Origin: Desulfatiglandales bacterium
Lineage (GTDB): Bacteria; Desulfobacterota; DSM-4660; Desulfatiglandales; Desulfatiglandaceae
Direction of reading: 5' to 3'
Length of the DNA: 64,000 nt
Assembly (NCBI GenBank): GCA_963662465.1
Contig: OY759599.1
Coordinates: forward strand, 3,520,001-3,584,000
Shown: positions 51,523 to 61,489 of the stretch, one piece after another
How positions within the stretch are numbered: position 1 is the stretch's first letter
Layout of the letters: every line of letters begins with the position of its first letter
Made by a program: the position numbers and the translations under genes
Notes under the pieces: generated by a model
Told to the model about the DNA's origin: nothing
Database searches by the model: none
The model's input: the letters and a program-made list of their open reading frames with translations, nothing else

Positions 51523-52359
51523 TCAAAGGAATATCTTTGTAAACGGGCGTTCGTCAAACCGCTTTGCCTTGCCTCTGATAAGTTCTTCCACCGGGGAAAG
51601 ATCAGCTATGATTGCCTCTTCAGGACAATCCCGTACACATTGAAAACAGCAAATACAATTTTCACCGAATTTTGGATAAGGCGAAAGCGTAATGGCCTGA
51701 ACCGGACAAATTTCAGCACATACCCCGCACTCCGTACACAGTTCCTCGTTTATCTCCTTCTTCGGCATGTGTTCTTTGGCTTTCGCAAAAGTCACTTTTT
51801 CCATCTCGGCATGAACTTTTTCAGGCTGATACGCCAGGTCTGACAGGGACATAACTTCGGAGGATCCAGCCCCCATCTTTTTCAACACCCCGTTTACCAA
51901 CGCCTGAATTAACCGATCATCCTCCTCATCCGGATGGCCTTCACCCAAAGGATTTTGACATCGCCACATCATTGAATGAAGCGATAGTACCTTGCCCGCT
52001 CCGACAAGAGAGAAACCCTTGGCCGTCAGCGCTTTTCCCATGTCGTGAAGAGCAATGCCACTGCCGGCCCCGCCCCAGGTGACAAACGGAACGGCACGGA
52101 TATCCGCATTTTCAGGCAGGTCTGAAATAAACCGCATGATAGGCAAAACCGGACGATTCGAATATACCGGAGAGCCGACAAACAGACAAACTTTTCCGTT
52201 TTTAACCTCGTTGATAACCGAAGAACCGTCATCACCTTTTCCCAGGTCAGCAGATAAAACACTCACACCAAGATCTTCCAGTTCTTTCTCAATGACCTGA
52301 GCCACATGGCGGGTTGAGCCTCCGGGCGAGCAATAAACAACAGCAGCTTTCTCTAGCAT
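51523..52359 (-). CDS. EFR1-type flavodoxin-ferredoxin fusion
   Basis: YCSPGGST, GSPVY, CTECGVCAEICP, CICCFQCVRDCP. Confidence 0.9.
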   Translation of the reverse strand: MLEKAAVVYCSPGGSTRHVAQVIEKELEDLGVSVLSADLGKGDDGSSVINEVKNGKVCLFVGSPVYSNRPVLPIMRFISDLPENADIRAVPFVTWGGAGSGIALHDMGKALTAKGFSLVGAGKVLSLHSMMWRCQNPLGEGHPDEEDDRLIQALVNGVLKKMGAGSSEVMSLSDLAYQPEKVHAEMEKVTFAKAKEHMPKKEINEELCTECGVCAEICPVQAITLSPYPKFGENCICCFQCVRDCPEEAIIADLSPVEELIRGKAKRFDERPFTKIFL

Positions 52360-52539
52360 CCTAATCTCCTTTTTTAATTTTGATATATTAAAAAATACCG
52401 GGCAGGGCGGTGGTTCGGCGATTTTTTACTATATCGTACGTCCTCTTTTGCTCCCATATGCGAATGGGATCGCCCATTATAAGGGCCTGTCAAATAAAAA
52501 GCCACCAAAATGAACTACTCGCCGTAAGTAGGTTTCCCC

Positions 52540-52819
52540 CTATAATGCACTGCGTATTCGATTGAATTCTTCACAGGCCACGACCAGTGAATTCGGGGGC
52601 AATTCGAGTTGTATATTCTCTCTGCAATAATCTACAAGACTGTCGATAAAGGGATGTACATCCTTTAGCACAGAGATCTTGCCATACTTTTTTTTGTAGG
52701 TTTCCTTGTCCGCTTCATTAACATTCTCGCCATGCAGGTAGGCTATCCAAGTCTCAATATGCCATTTGGGTATGATGTAGGCTATTGGCTCAGTATTGTT
52801 TCTGGGATGCTTTACTCAT
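52540..52819 (-). pseudogene. Partner of AAA ATPase (TOPRIM-like), internally deleted and frameshifted
   Basis: MSKASQ, then in another frame PRNNTEPIAYIIPKWHIETWIAYL...ACEEFNRIRSAL*. Confidence 0.65.
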
Positions 52820-53486
52820 TTTCCCACCCCCTCGCCATAACTTCCGCCGTCGGCAAATCGGCTACTTTGGGGAAAGGATTTACGACAACATGCGCCCCCG
52901 CCTGTCTGGAAAACCACAGCTCCTCGCCTCTTGCCATCTTGTTTACAATTTCAGGATGATGAGATATGATCGGAGCCTGTTTGTCTTGTTCATCGCATAT
53001 GTCGTTAAGGCTTTCAAGCCAGGGTTGGATTGCTCGAATTGAAACGAAGTTGTCCGGCTCATCAAATAGCACTGTCGAAAAGGTTCCAGCGCGCAACGCT
53101 TCCAAAACCGTATAGAGAACGATCAATTGACGTTGACCGTCGGACATATTCATGAAGTCGAAGTTGCGGTCTTTGCCCCCGATGCGAAATGTCGCCGTCA
53201 ATTTTCGAGATTCGCCGATTTCTCTGAGGCTCAACTGTTCGAAACCTGGGAGAACGTCTTCCAGGAGTTGTTTTGCCCCATAACCAATAGAGGGTTGTTC
53301 CTGTAAGAGATGGCGGTACCACTGGGCAAAATTTTTTCCATGTTCCGATAGCTTGCGCGATTCGGATGCAGCGGCGTCTTTTACAACCAATGGAACCGGC
53401 TGAATCAGAAGAATCTTTTCAAGTTCTTCCCTGAACCGGATTAAAGGCTTGTTGTCGTCACGTTGTGCAATTGAAGGAGATGTCAA
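52812..53486 (-). pseudogene. AAA_21-like ATPase, 5'-truncated
   Basis: MSDGQR, FDEPDNF, ISHHPE present; no Walker A. Confidence 0.8.
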
Positions 53487-53550
53487 GACTTTTCAAGGGT
53501 ATGACAGAGGGTATCTGAGATAAGCGAAAAGTGGCGCTCATTGCACGGAT

Positions 53551-54015
53551 TCATCTGTCGCGCACCTGCCATCCATCAACCCAGGGAATTCCATAATAAC
53601 CCGGATAAACGGCCAGTTGTACCGGCAATCCGCGGGAATAATCCCCCCTTGGCCGGGAGAATTCAGCCGAAGGTTTTCCGTCCAGCATGAATACGATTTT
53701 TCGCCCTCCCCTGCCCTTGTTCAAGGTCTCCCAGACCACGGCGTCAATTTTACCGGACGCACCTTTATCCAGCCAGCCGTTTCCGAAATAACGCCAGCCG
53801 GTGACGCCAAGGCAGCATGCGGGCAAAGCAAGGACAAGAACCAAAAGAATAACGAGATGACGATCCGTGCGCGCCCTTACAAACCGCCAGGCAGCTATAC
53901 CATAGACGGCACCGCCCGAAAGACCCCACAGAAGCGCACAAAGCACCACCTGCCAAAAGACCGGAGATATCCAGATCTTCTTTGTATCATAAAACACTTT
54001 TGTATCACAAGCCAA
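53551..54015 (-). CDS. Hypothetical membrane protein (possibly partial)
   Basis: Two hydrophobic segments, GYYGIPW C-terminal motif. Confidence 0.5.
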   Translation of the reverse strand: MACDTKVFYDTKKIWISPVFWQVVLCALLWGLSGGAVYGIAAWRFVRARTDRHLVILLVLVLALPACCLGVTGWRYFGNGWLDKGASGKIDAVVWETLNKGRGGRKIVFMLDGKPSAEFSRPRGDYSRGLPVQLAVYPGYYGIPWVDGWQVRDR

Positions 54016-54264
54016 TGCGAGACAACCGGCAAGCCCACTCTTTTTGGACGATTTTTAATCATAACCTGCATGAATCTATACCTTTTATTTGAAAACCACT
54101 AACTTTCATAAAATAAGATCGATCACTTCCCTCTTCCAAATATTTTCCATAAGAGGTCACTTCCTACACAACCATATCAAAAACGAACCCATATCCCATG
54201 CTTATCTAACTTAGGCTTTCTTGAAACACGATTGTATCATAATGCCTTGTTTCCTAAAAACCTG

Positions 54265-54508
54265 GGGTCTTCGCGGATTAACGTGAAAAAGAGAATTTTG
54301 TTGTTCCCTCGGGCTGGTTCCCATGCTCTGCGTGGAAACACCTTGGACGCTCCCGCGTCCGACAATTCGTCTTTTGAACCGCTACAGGCCCATTTCTTAG
54401 GGGTCCAAACCGGGACGCAGAGCGTCCGAAAACCGTTCCCACGCAGAGCATGGGAACGAGTGCAAAAGCGAAGTCAGTAGCGATTTTCACGTTAATCCGC
54501 GATGAGCC
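54265..54508. mobile_element. 244-bp MITE-like element with 25-bp terminal IRs
   Basis: GGGTCTTCGCGGATTAACGTGAAAA vs GGCTCATCGCGGATTAACGTGAAAA (23/25). Confidence 0.75.
54314..54460. repeat. REPIN-like inverted REP pair inside the MITE
   Basis: CTGGTTCCCATGCTCTGCGTGGAAAC..GGACGCTC ... GAGCGTCC..GTTCCCACGCAGAGCATGGGAACGAG. Confidence 0.8.
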
Positions 54509-54571
54509 AATAATTTTTGGCACAAAACCTGCTCGTAGAATTTGTAATTATTTCCTTCGGAGGGTGTAAGA

Positions 54572-54784
54572 ATGAGGCCGTGTAACGAAAGTATTAAGAA
54601 TACCATCGCTATCTCAAAAACGATGCTGAAGATTGCCGATGAAGGAGATATGGTGCGTGAAGACAATGGTTGCGGCGTACTATATGGCATTCTAAGGGAT
54701 GCTGCTTTTAAGATCAGGAAATTCGCCGAAGCAGAGAAGGATGTCCATATCCGAAAAGGCTGGTGGGATATAGAAGCTGATTGA
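54572..54784 (+). CDS. Small conserved hypothetical protein
   Basis: ADEGD..REDNGCGVLYGILRDAA..H..KGWW; GGAGG upstream. Confidence 0.75.
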   Translation: MRPCNESIKNTIAISKTMLKIADEGDMVREDNGCGVLYGILRDAAFKIRKFAEAEKDVHIRKGWWDIEAD

Positions 54785-54842
54785 GAAGGGTATTTAAATA
54801 AATCAAGTTTCGAATTTTACCACTGAAAGGGGGTAAAGAACC

Positions 54843-55199
54843 ATGATGGGATTAGAGGAACTCAAGAAAAACGGACTCCTTATCGAGTCTATCGATTGGA
54901 GTATGACCCCTGAAGAGGCCGTAAGACTGTATCTTGAATGGGGCAATAACTGGAGCAGAGGATACGAAATGGTAAGATCAAAGGATGATCAATCCCATTA
55001 TTTTGTTTTGAATACATGGGACACGCCTGTGATCTATTTCATCAAAAGAGATTATGAAGGCGCGGAGGAACTTGCAAAGTTCGCGATTCCTGAATTTCTA
55101 AAAAATGAACGTCAGTATGACATTCCCATTCTCAAAGGGGTTTATGCGGTTGATGGTGAGTTACGGGACTGGCTGAAAAAAGAATTGAATGCGGCATAA
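54843..55199 (+). CDS. DVU0772-family protein
   Basis: IDWSMTPEEAVRLYLEWGNN motif. Confidence 0.75.
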   Translation: MMGLEELKKNGLLIESIDWSMTPEEAVRLYLEWGNNWSRGYEMVRSKDDQSHYFVLNTWDTPVIYFIKRDYEGAEELAKFAIPEFLKNERQYDIPILKGVYAVDGELRDWLKKELNAA

Positions 55200-55225
55200 T
55201 TCCAGATTTTAAAAGGAGCAATCAT

Positions 55226-55402
55226 ATGGAGAAAGAAATTCTTGAAGCCATGAAAAAGGCCGGGAAACCAGTTAAACCTGGAGAAGTGGCAAACATGATT
55301 GGTGAAGAAAGCAAGGATGTATCAAAGGTCATCAGCAAACTGAAAAAAGATGGTAATGTTATTTCGCCCAAAAGATGTTATTATGCTTTAGCAAACCAAT
55401 AA
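55226..55402 (+). CDS. 58-aa winged-HTH protein (absent from ORF track)
   Basis: AAGGAG RBS; MEKEILEAMKKAGKPVKPGEVANMIGEESKDVSKVISKLKKDGNVISPKRCYYALANQ. Confidence 0.85.
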   Translation: MEKEILEAMKKAGKPVKPGEVANMIGEESKDVSKVISKLKKDGNVISPKRCYYALANQ

Positions 55403-55414
55403 GGAGGCATCACA

Positions 55415-55618
55415 ATGGCAGAACCGGAAGAAATGTGGCAGTGCCAAACCACCAACTGTGGTTACATTTTTGATCCTGACAGAGGGGACCGAAAAGGCAA
55501 GATCCCCAAGGGAACCCATTTTGAGGATCTTCCCGAAGACTGGAAATGTCCTGTTTGCGGGGCCGGGAAAAAAATGTTCAAACCCCTGGCTGGTCCCGGA
55601 TCAACCCGGGACGCTTAA
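55415..55618 (+). CDS. Rubredoxin
   Basis: [26 protein letters not shown]. Confidence 0.93.
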   Translation: MAEPEEMWQCQTTNCGYIFDPDRGDRKGKIPKGTHFEDLPEDWKCPVCGAGKKMFKPLAGPGSTRDA

Positions 55619-55653
55619 TCTTGTAATTCTTGAATCAGAGGAGACATCCATTC

Positions 55654-56226
55654 ATGGACCTGAAAGGGACAAAGACGGAAAAAAATTTACTGACGGCATT
55701 TGCCGGCGAATCACAGGCAAGAAACCGTTACACCTATTTTGCGAGCAAAGCCAAAAAAGAAGGTTTTATCCAGATCTCATCTATTTTTGAAGAAACCGCA
55801 AACCAGGAAAAAGAGCATGCCAAACGGCTCTTTAAATTCCTTCAGGGGGGAGAGGTAGAAATTTCCGCCGCGTTTCCTGCCGGCGTTATCGCCGGCACCC
55901 TTGAAAACCTCAAGGCATCCGCTGCCGGAGAACATCACGAACATACTGAAATGTATCCGGAATTCGCCGTCATTGCCCGAGATGAGGGATTTGCGGTCAT
56001 TGCCGATGTTTTTATGGCCATCGCGGTCGCCGAAAAACAACATGAAAAGCGCTATAACGATCTGGCCGCGAACATCGAAGCCAATCGCGTTTTTAAACGG
56101 GACACCGAAGAAGTATGGCGATGCAGAAACTGCGGTTTTCTTTATACGGGAAAGGAAGCCCCGGAAACTTGTCCCGCATGCGCCCACCCCCAAGCCCATT
56201 TTGAACTGTTGGGAGAAAATTATTAG
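55654..56226 (+). CDS. rbr: Rubrerythrin
   Basis: AFAGESQARNRY, EKEHAK, CRNCG..CPACAHP. Confidence 0.95.
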   Translation: MDLKGTKTEKNLLTAFAGESQARNRYTYFASKAKKEGFIQISSIFEETANQEKEHAKRLFKFLQGGEVEISAAFPAGVIAGTLENLKASAAGEHHEHTEMYPEFAVIARDEGFAVIADVFMAIAVAEKQHEKRYNDLAANIEANRVFKRDTEEVWRCRNCGFLYTGKEAPETCPACAHPQAHFELLGENY

Positions 56227-56350
56227 GATTTGTCGTGTGCTTTTTTTAAAATGGTTGCACCTTCCTGTATCATAGGTGTAGAATAGCGTTGAGCATTATA
56301 AAAAGGTTTTGCGAAGCTTTAATCATAACCACAACAATAGGGAGGATTAA

Positions 56351-56725
56351 ATGGCTGAAAAATTGGAAATCTATAAATGCGAGGTGTGCGGAAATATTGT
56401 TGAGGTTCTGCACGGCGGCAAGGGAGAACTGGTCTGCTGCGGTCAACCCATGAAACTCTTTAAAGAAAATACCGTTGATGCGGCCAAGGAAAAACATGTG
56501 CCGGTCATTAATAAGTCAGCCGACGGCATCACCGTAAAGGTCGGAGAAGTAGCCCACCCCATGGAGGAAAAGCACCACATTGAATGGATCGAAATCATTG
56601 CCGACGGCGCTGTTTATCGACAGTTTTTAAAACCTGGACAAGCACCCGAAGCCACTTTCAACGTATCGGCGGATCAAGTCACCGCAAGAGAATATTGCAC
56701 CCTTCATGGCCTTTGGAAGGCTTAA
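56351..56725 (+). CDS. dfx: Desulfoferrodoxin (superoxide reductase)
   Basis: CEVCGN..CCG, EKHVP, HPM..HHI, CTLHGLW. Confidence 0.95.
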   Translation: MAEKLEIYKCEVCGNIVEVLHGGKGELVCCGQPMKLFKENTVDAAKEKHVPVINKSADGITVKVGEVAHPMEEKHHIEWIEIIADGAVYRQFLKPGQAPEATFNVSADQVTAREYCTLHGLWKA

Positions 56726-56798
56726 ATGCGTTTTTTTAAAAAATAGCACGGAAGATATCGATTATTCAAGTAAAATACTAGAATGGAAGGAGCCGATT

Positions 56799-56984
56799 AT
56801 GTCAACACCGCAGCATTGCCCAGGTTTCGAACAGGCTAAAAACTTAAAGGCGTTTACGTGTAAGTGCCCAAACTGTGGACAGGAAAAAGAAATTTTTTCA
56901 GACGAGTTTGACAAAGAGCATACCTGCTCCGGATGCGGGAAAAAAATAGACTTTACCCAATGTACCCTTGAAGGCGGCGCTTAG
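56799..56984 (+). CDS. Small Cys-rich (zinc-ribbon-like) protein
   Basis: AAGGAG RBS; HCPG..CPNCG..EIFSDE..CSGCG. Confidence 0.8.
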   Translation: MSTPQHCPGFEQAKNLKAFTCKCPNCGQEKEIFSDEFDKEHTCSGCGKKIDFTQCTLEGGA

Positions 56985-57161
56985 AAAATCTTCTGATATT
57001 TCATCATAATCCAAGCCCTCACAATAGACCCCGATTCAAGTCCTGTTGTGGGGGCTGAAGTTCCTATTTTTTTAGATACCATACTCCTTAACCCCCAATA
57101 CAAAACAACCATAAAAAAAGCGGCAATTTTCCCACAGAAACTCATCACGGGAGAAATATCC

Positions 57162-57854
57162 TTGAAAGGACGCATTCGCAAACAAAAGATTCTTGAAATT
57201 CTCGCGAAAAGCGATGTTAACCTTGGGCTGGCGGAATTGAGACGCATGCCCTCCCAAAAAGTCATCAACGCTCTTTTTTCCTTCCTTTACAGTCAGCATG
57301 AAATCATCAAGTGGCGCGCCGTTACGGCCATGGGGTCCCTTGTTCAAGATCTGGCCGGCGAAAACATGGAGCAAGCCAGGATCGTATTGCGCCGTCTCAT
57401 GTGGAATCTGAACGATGAATCCGGGGGCATTGGTTGGGGCGCCCCGGAAGCCATGGGGGAAATCCTGGCCCACCATGAAGGACTTGCCGGGGAATACGCC
57501 CCAATCTTGCTCTCCTATGCCATGAAAGACGGCAACTACCTGGAACTGCCCATGTTGCAGCGGGGGCTTCTCTGGGGAATCGCAAGGCTTTCGGAAAAAA
57601 GCCCCGAGCTTGTAAAGGATGTAACCCCCCATCTTATCCCGTACCTCAAATCGGAGGATTCGACCGTCAGGGGGCTTGCGGCGCAAATCGTGGGATTGAT
57701 GGGGTCAAAAAAAGACCGGGAACTCCTTTTGCCTCTGATGAAAGATAATGCCGCCTATACAACCTATATTGAGAACCGATGTGTAACGCGCCTCGTTGGA
57801 GAAACGGTTGCGGAAGCCCTCAAATGTCTTCAAAGAAACAAATGGGCACATTAA
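57162..57854 (+). CDS. HEAT-repeat protein (DVU0298-like)
   Basis: RRLMWNLNDESGGIGWGAPEAMGEI; start uncertain. Confidence 0.8.
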   Translation: MKGRIRKQKILEILAKSDVNLGLAELRRMPSQKVINALFSFLYSQHEIIKWRAVTAMGSLVQDLAGENMEQARIVLRRLMWNLNDESGGIGWGAPEAMGEILAHHEGLAGEYAPILLSYAMKDGNYLELPMLQRGLLWGIARLSEKSPELVKDVTPHLIPYLKSEDSTVRGLAAQIVGLMGSKKDRELLLPLMKDNAAYTTYIENRCVTRLVGETVAEALKCLQRNKWAH

Positions 57855-57882
57855 ATTGAAAAGATCAAAAAAAATCGGTTTT

Positions 57883-57898
57883 CTTGACTTAGGTCAAG
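57883..57898. promoter_or_regulatory. HcpR-type (Crp/Fnr family) binding site
   Basis: CTTGAC-TTAG-GTCAAG palindrome about 110 nt upstream of hcp. Confidence 0.75.
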
Positions 57899-58004
57899 GC
57901 AATGTTTGCGGCTGTGGTACATAGTGAAAACAAAGAAAGAACAAACTGATCCATTGGCATATAAACCTTCACAAATTTTAAACCAACTTGAAAGGAGAAA
58001 CGCC

Positions 58005-59669
58005 ATGTTTTGTTTTCAATGTCAGGAAACCGCAAAAAATCAGGGATGTACCATCAAGGGGATGTGTGGGAAACCGGAGGAAACCGCCAATCTGCAGGAC
58101 CTCCTCATCCATGTATTGAAAGGTATCGGCATCTATGGAGAAAAGGCCGCTGAATTGGGGGTCCTGGATCGAAACACCGGGAAATCTGTTTCGGAGAGCC
58201 TTTTTTCCACCATTACCAATGTCAACTGGGTTGATGATTGGTTTGTTTCCCGAATCAAAGAGGGGCTAAAGGTCAGGGAAGATATTAAGCGCAAATTTCT
58301 GGCCGCCTACCAGGAGAAAAATGGAAAAGCCTTTTCAGAGCCTTTGCCTGATGCCGCAACCTGGTCTTCACAAAAGGCGTCCACATTTCAAACGAAAGCC
58401 AAAAAAGTGGGCATTCAGGCCACTGAAAATGAAGATGTCCGGTCTCTGCGCGAACTATTAATCATCGGACTCAAGGGTGTAGCGGCGTACGCAGACCACG
58501 CCGCGATTCTAGGGTACGAAAAAGATGACATCTATCAATTCATGATGGAAGCCCTGGCCTCCACCACCAAGGACCTTACCGTTGACGAAATGGTAGGTCT
58601 CGTTCTCAAATGCGGCGAGACGGCAGTCAATACCATGGCCCTTCTGGACGAAGCCAATACCAGCACCTACGGTCATCCCGAAATCACGGTGGTAAACATC
58701 GGGGTGAGCAAAAACCCGGGCATTTTGATCAGCGGCCATGACCTGAAAGACATGGCGGAACTGTTAAAACAAACCAAAGGGACCGGCGTGGACGTGTACA
58801 CCCACGGCGAAATGCTGCCGGCCAACTATTATCCCGAGTTCAAGAAATATGACCATTTCGTGGGGAACTACGGCAGCTCCTGGTGGCGCCAGAACGATGA
58901 ATTTGAATCCTTCAACGGTCCCATCCTCATGACCACCAACTGCATTATTCCCATTAAAAAGGATAACACCTATCTGAACCGCATATTTACCACCGGCATG
59001 ACCGGTTATCCAGGGGCAAAACATATACCGGACCGGGCTCAAGGAGGTACAAAGGACTTTTCCGAAATGATCAATCTGGCCAAAACCTGCCCCTCACCCA
59101 TTGAAATTGAGACCGGGAAGATTGTGGGCGGCTTTGCCCGCAACCAGGTCCTGGCATTGGCGGACAAGGTGGTGGATGCCGTAAAAAGCGGGGCCATCAA
59201 GCGGTTTATCGTCATGGCCGGCTGCGACGGCCGCCATAAATCCCGTAAATATTTCACAGAAGTGGCCGAACAGCTGCCAAAAGATGCCGTCATTCTGACG
59301 GCGGGTTGCGCCAAATATCGTTACAACAAGCTGGATCTGGGCGATATCGGAGGAATTCCACGGGTTCTGGATGCGGGGCAGTGCAACGACTGCTATTCCC
59401 TGGCCGTCATTGCCCTCAAATTGAAAGAAGTGTTCGGGCTTGACAGCATCAATGACCTGCCCATTTCTTTTGACATCGGCTGGTATGAACAGAAGGCCGT
59501 CGCCGTTCTCCTGGCCCTGCTCTTCCTCGGCGTCAAGGGCATCCGGCTGGGGCCGACCCTTCCCGCCTTCGTATCCCCCACCGTCCTGAAAGTTCTGGTG
59601 GAGAATTTCGATATCAAACCCACCGGTGAAGTGGCAGCGGATATTGAAGCCATGATGGCGGGGAAATAG
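58005..59669 (+). CDS. hcp: Hybrid cluster protein (hydroxylamine reductase)
   Basis: [44 protein letters not shown]. Confidence 0.97.
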   Translation: MFCFQCQETAKNQGCTIKGMCGKPEETANLQDLLIHVLKGIGIYGEKAAELGVLDRNTGKSVSESLFSTITNVNWVDDWFVSRIKEGLKVREDIKRKFLAAYQEKNGKAFSEPLPDAATWSSQKASTFQTKAKKVGIQATENEDVRSLRELLIIGLKGVAAYADHAAILGYEKDDIYQFMMEALASTTKDLTVDEMVGLVLKCGETAVNTMALLDEANTSTYGHPEITVVNIGVSKNPGILISGHDLKDMAELLKQTKGTGVDVYTHGEMLPANYYPEFKKYDHFVGNYGSSWWRQNDEFESFNGPILMTTNCIIPIKKDNTYLNRIFTTGMTGYPGAKHIPDRAQGGTKDFSEMINLAKTCPSPIEIETGKIVGGFARNQVLALADKVVDAVKSGAIKRFIVMAGCDGRHKSRKYFTEVAEQLPKDAVILTAGCAKYRYNKLDLGDIGGIPRVLDAGQCNDCYSLAVIALKLKEVFGLDSINDLPISFDIGWYEQKAVAVLLALLFLGVKGIRLGPTLPAFVSPTVLKVLVENFDIKPTGEVAADIEAMMAGK

Positions 59670-59679
59670 CCCAGAAAAA

Positions 59680-59739
59680 GCTGTTAGCTATTAGCGGTTA
59701 GCTGTTAGTCTCTAAGCTAACAGGCTAACAGCTAACAGC
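59680..59739. repeat. Inverted arrays of CTGTTAG heptamers forming a hairpin
   Basis: (CTGTTAG-like)x4 followed by CTAACAG-like units. Confidence 0.85.
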
Positions 59740-59754
59740 CAAAGGAGAAACACC

Positions 59755-60075
59755 ATGATGAAAAAAGTCGAAATTTTTAAGGAAAACGATTTCAATGACC
59801 TTCACATGAGCCGGCTGCTGGTGAACGACTCGCCTTACTTCAAAATTCTGAATTTCAATTTCAAGGCCGGTCAGGAGCTTCCCATTCACTCCCATGACAT
59901 CGAGGGGCAATTGAGCATCGTCGTGCTGGAAGGAGAAGGTCTCTTCCTCGCAAAGGGGGGGGAAACCATTCCTGCCAAACCGGGTGATATTCTGATCTCC
60001 GACATCAGCGAACCCCACGGCATCAGAGCGACAGGTTCAATGCGCGTTCTGGTAACCATTGCGCCTCCCATATAA
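59755..60075 (+). CDS. Cupin domain protein
   Basis: PIHSH..VLEGEG..PHGI. Confidence 0.88.
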   Translation: MMKKVEIFKENDFNDLHMSRLLVNDSPYFKILNFNFKAGQELPIHSHDIEGQLSIVVLEGEGLFLAKGGETIPAKPGDILISDISEPHGIRATGSMRVLVTIAPPI

Positions 60076-60203
60076 AAGAAGAGCTCGCCTCATAAGCATA
60101 AAAACAATTGACATGATTGTCCGATAAAACTATTTTTCAGAGCAACGTCTTGATAGGGTGCGATTTCATTCTGAGACCCTTATGGTTGTTGGAATCTATA
60201 GGC

Positions 60204-60580
60204 ATGACTGAACCGGAATCAAAAAAAGAGAATAATGAGGCCATACCAAAACAATCGGCTGAGAACCGTATTGTTTCAGACATCGAAGAAGCGCTGAACT
60301 TTCTTGATTCGGAAGAATATCAAGAGGAAAGTCAACCCGTCTCCCGCATAAAACCCTCACCCTCCAAAATTGCCCCCGTCCAATCTCCCAGGCCAACAGA
60401 TGCCACCCCCATAAGACCACAGCACAATATGGCATCTAATATCCAAAAAATTAAACAAGAACCCATAAAGAATCCATCAACCCCAACAACAGGCAAAAAA
60501 GAGTCCGGAAAGCGGTGGGTTCTTTACCTGGGAGGGATAGTGATACTTCTGGCAATTTTTATGCTTTATAAAATGGGCTA
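60204..60580 (+). pseudogene. Membrane-anchored protein, probably truncated by IS insertion
   Basis: Low-complexity linker and one TM helix, then reads into AT-rich IS-like sequence. Confidence 0.5.
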
Positions 60581-60796
60581 CAGCGTCAGGATACGGTTGG
60601 ATTCAATAAGCCATTGAATTAACGGTATTATCTTTGATATTTTTTTCATAATTGTACCACACAAACGCTGGGAAACAAACCTTATATTTCAGTAACCACT
60701 TGATTTTATTGAATTGGAGGATTGACAAGCAATTGGCATTTTGATACATTTATTTGGAAATAGCCACAGAAAACAAATAAATGTATCAGAGGTCAC

Positions 60797-61489
60797 ATGT
60801 TATCTCCTGAAGACTCCAAAAAGGCTTTACATAAATGGTTTAGGAAGAAATACATCGCAGATCTCAATCAGCTCTTCCATGTACTGAAAACAAGTTCTCG
60901 GATGAGTGTATTCCGGAGGCTTAAACTTATCGGATACTTGACAAGCTTTACGGATGCCGGTCGTTACTACACCCTTGAGGATATTCCTTCGTTTGATTCT
61001 TGGGGTTTGTGGTTTTATCGGGGAATCGGCTTTTCAAAGGCCGGCACGCTAAAAGCGACTGTGGTGGAAATTGTGCATTTATCGAATGCCGGAATGACAC
61101 CGAAAGAGCTGTTGCATTTGTTGAAGATTCGGATTCCCAACACGTTGCACAACACGCTTCATGGGCTGGTTCAATCCCAGCAGATAAGTCGGCACCGATC
61201 CGAAGGGCTTTCCTTATATACCAATGGAGATCCGGATAAAGGAAAAGTGCAAATAGCGGCGCGTCGCGTACATATACAAGAAGGGGTTCAAATTGTCGGG
61301 CCGGTCCCAATGGAAACGACCATTGCTGTTCTTGTGGAAGCGCTGAAGGCGGGCCAAGTTATTGTATCTCAATCTGAAATAGCAACCCGCCTCGCCGTTC
61401 GGGGATTGGCCGTCACTGTCGATCAGGTGAACCGGATTTTTTCAGAACATGGCATTCAAGCAGAAAAAAAAACGTCAAGATTCCGCTGA
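60797..61489 (+). CDS. IS ORF1 (putative DNA-binding part)
   Basis: YLTSFTDAGRYYTL..FSKAGTL motif; ends 17 nt after an A9 run. Confidence 0.7.
   Translation: MLSPEDSKKALHKWFRKKYIADLNQLFHVLKTSSRMSVFRRLKLIGYLTSFTDAGRYYTLEDIPSFDSWGLWFYRGIGFSKAGTLKATVVEIVHLSNAGMTPKELLHLLKIRIPNTLHNTLHGLVQSQQISRHRSEGLSLYTNGDPDKGKVQIAARRVHIQEGVQIVGPVPMETTIAVLVEALKAGQVIVSQSEIATRLAVRGLAVTVDQVNRIFSEHGIQAEKKTSRFR

Noticed and set aside
30113..59739. CRISPR array
   Set aside because: Repeats are contiguous 7-mers without unique spacers; no cas genes
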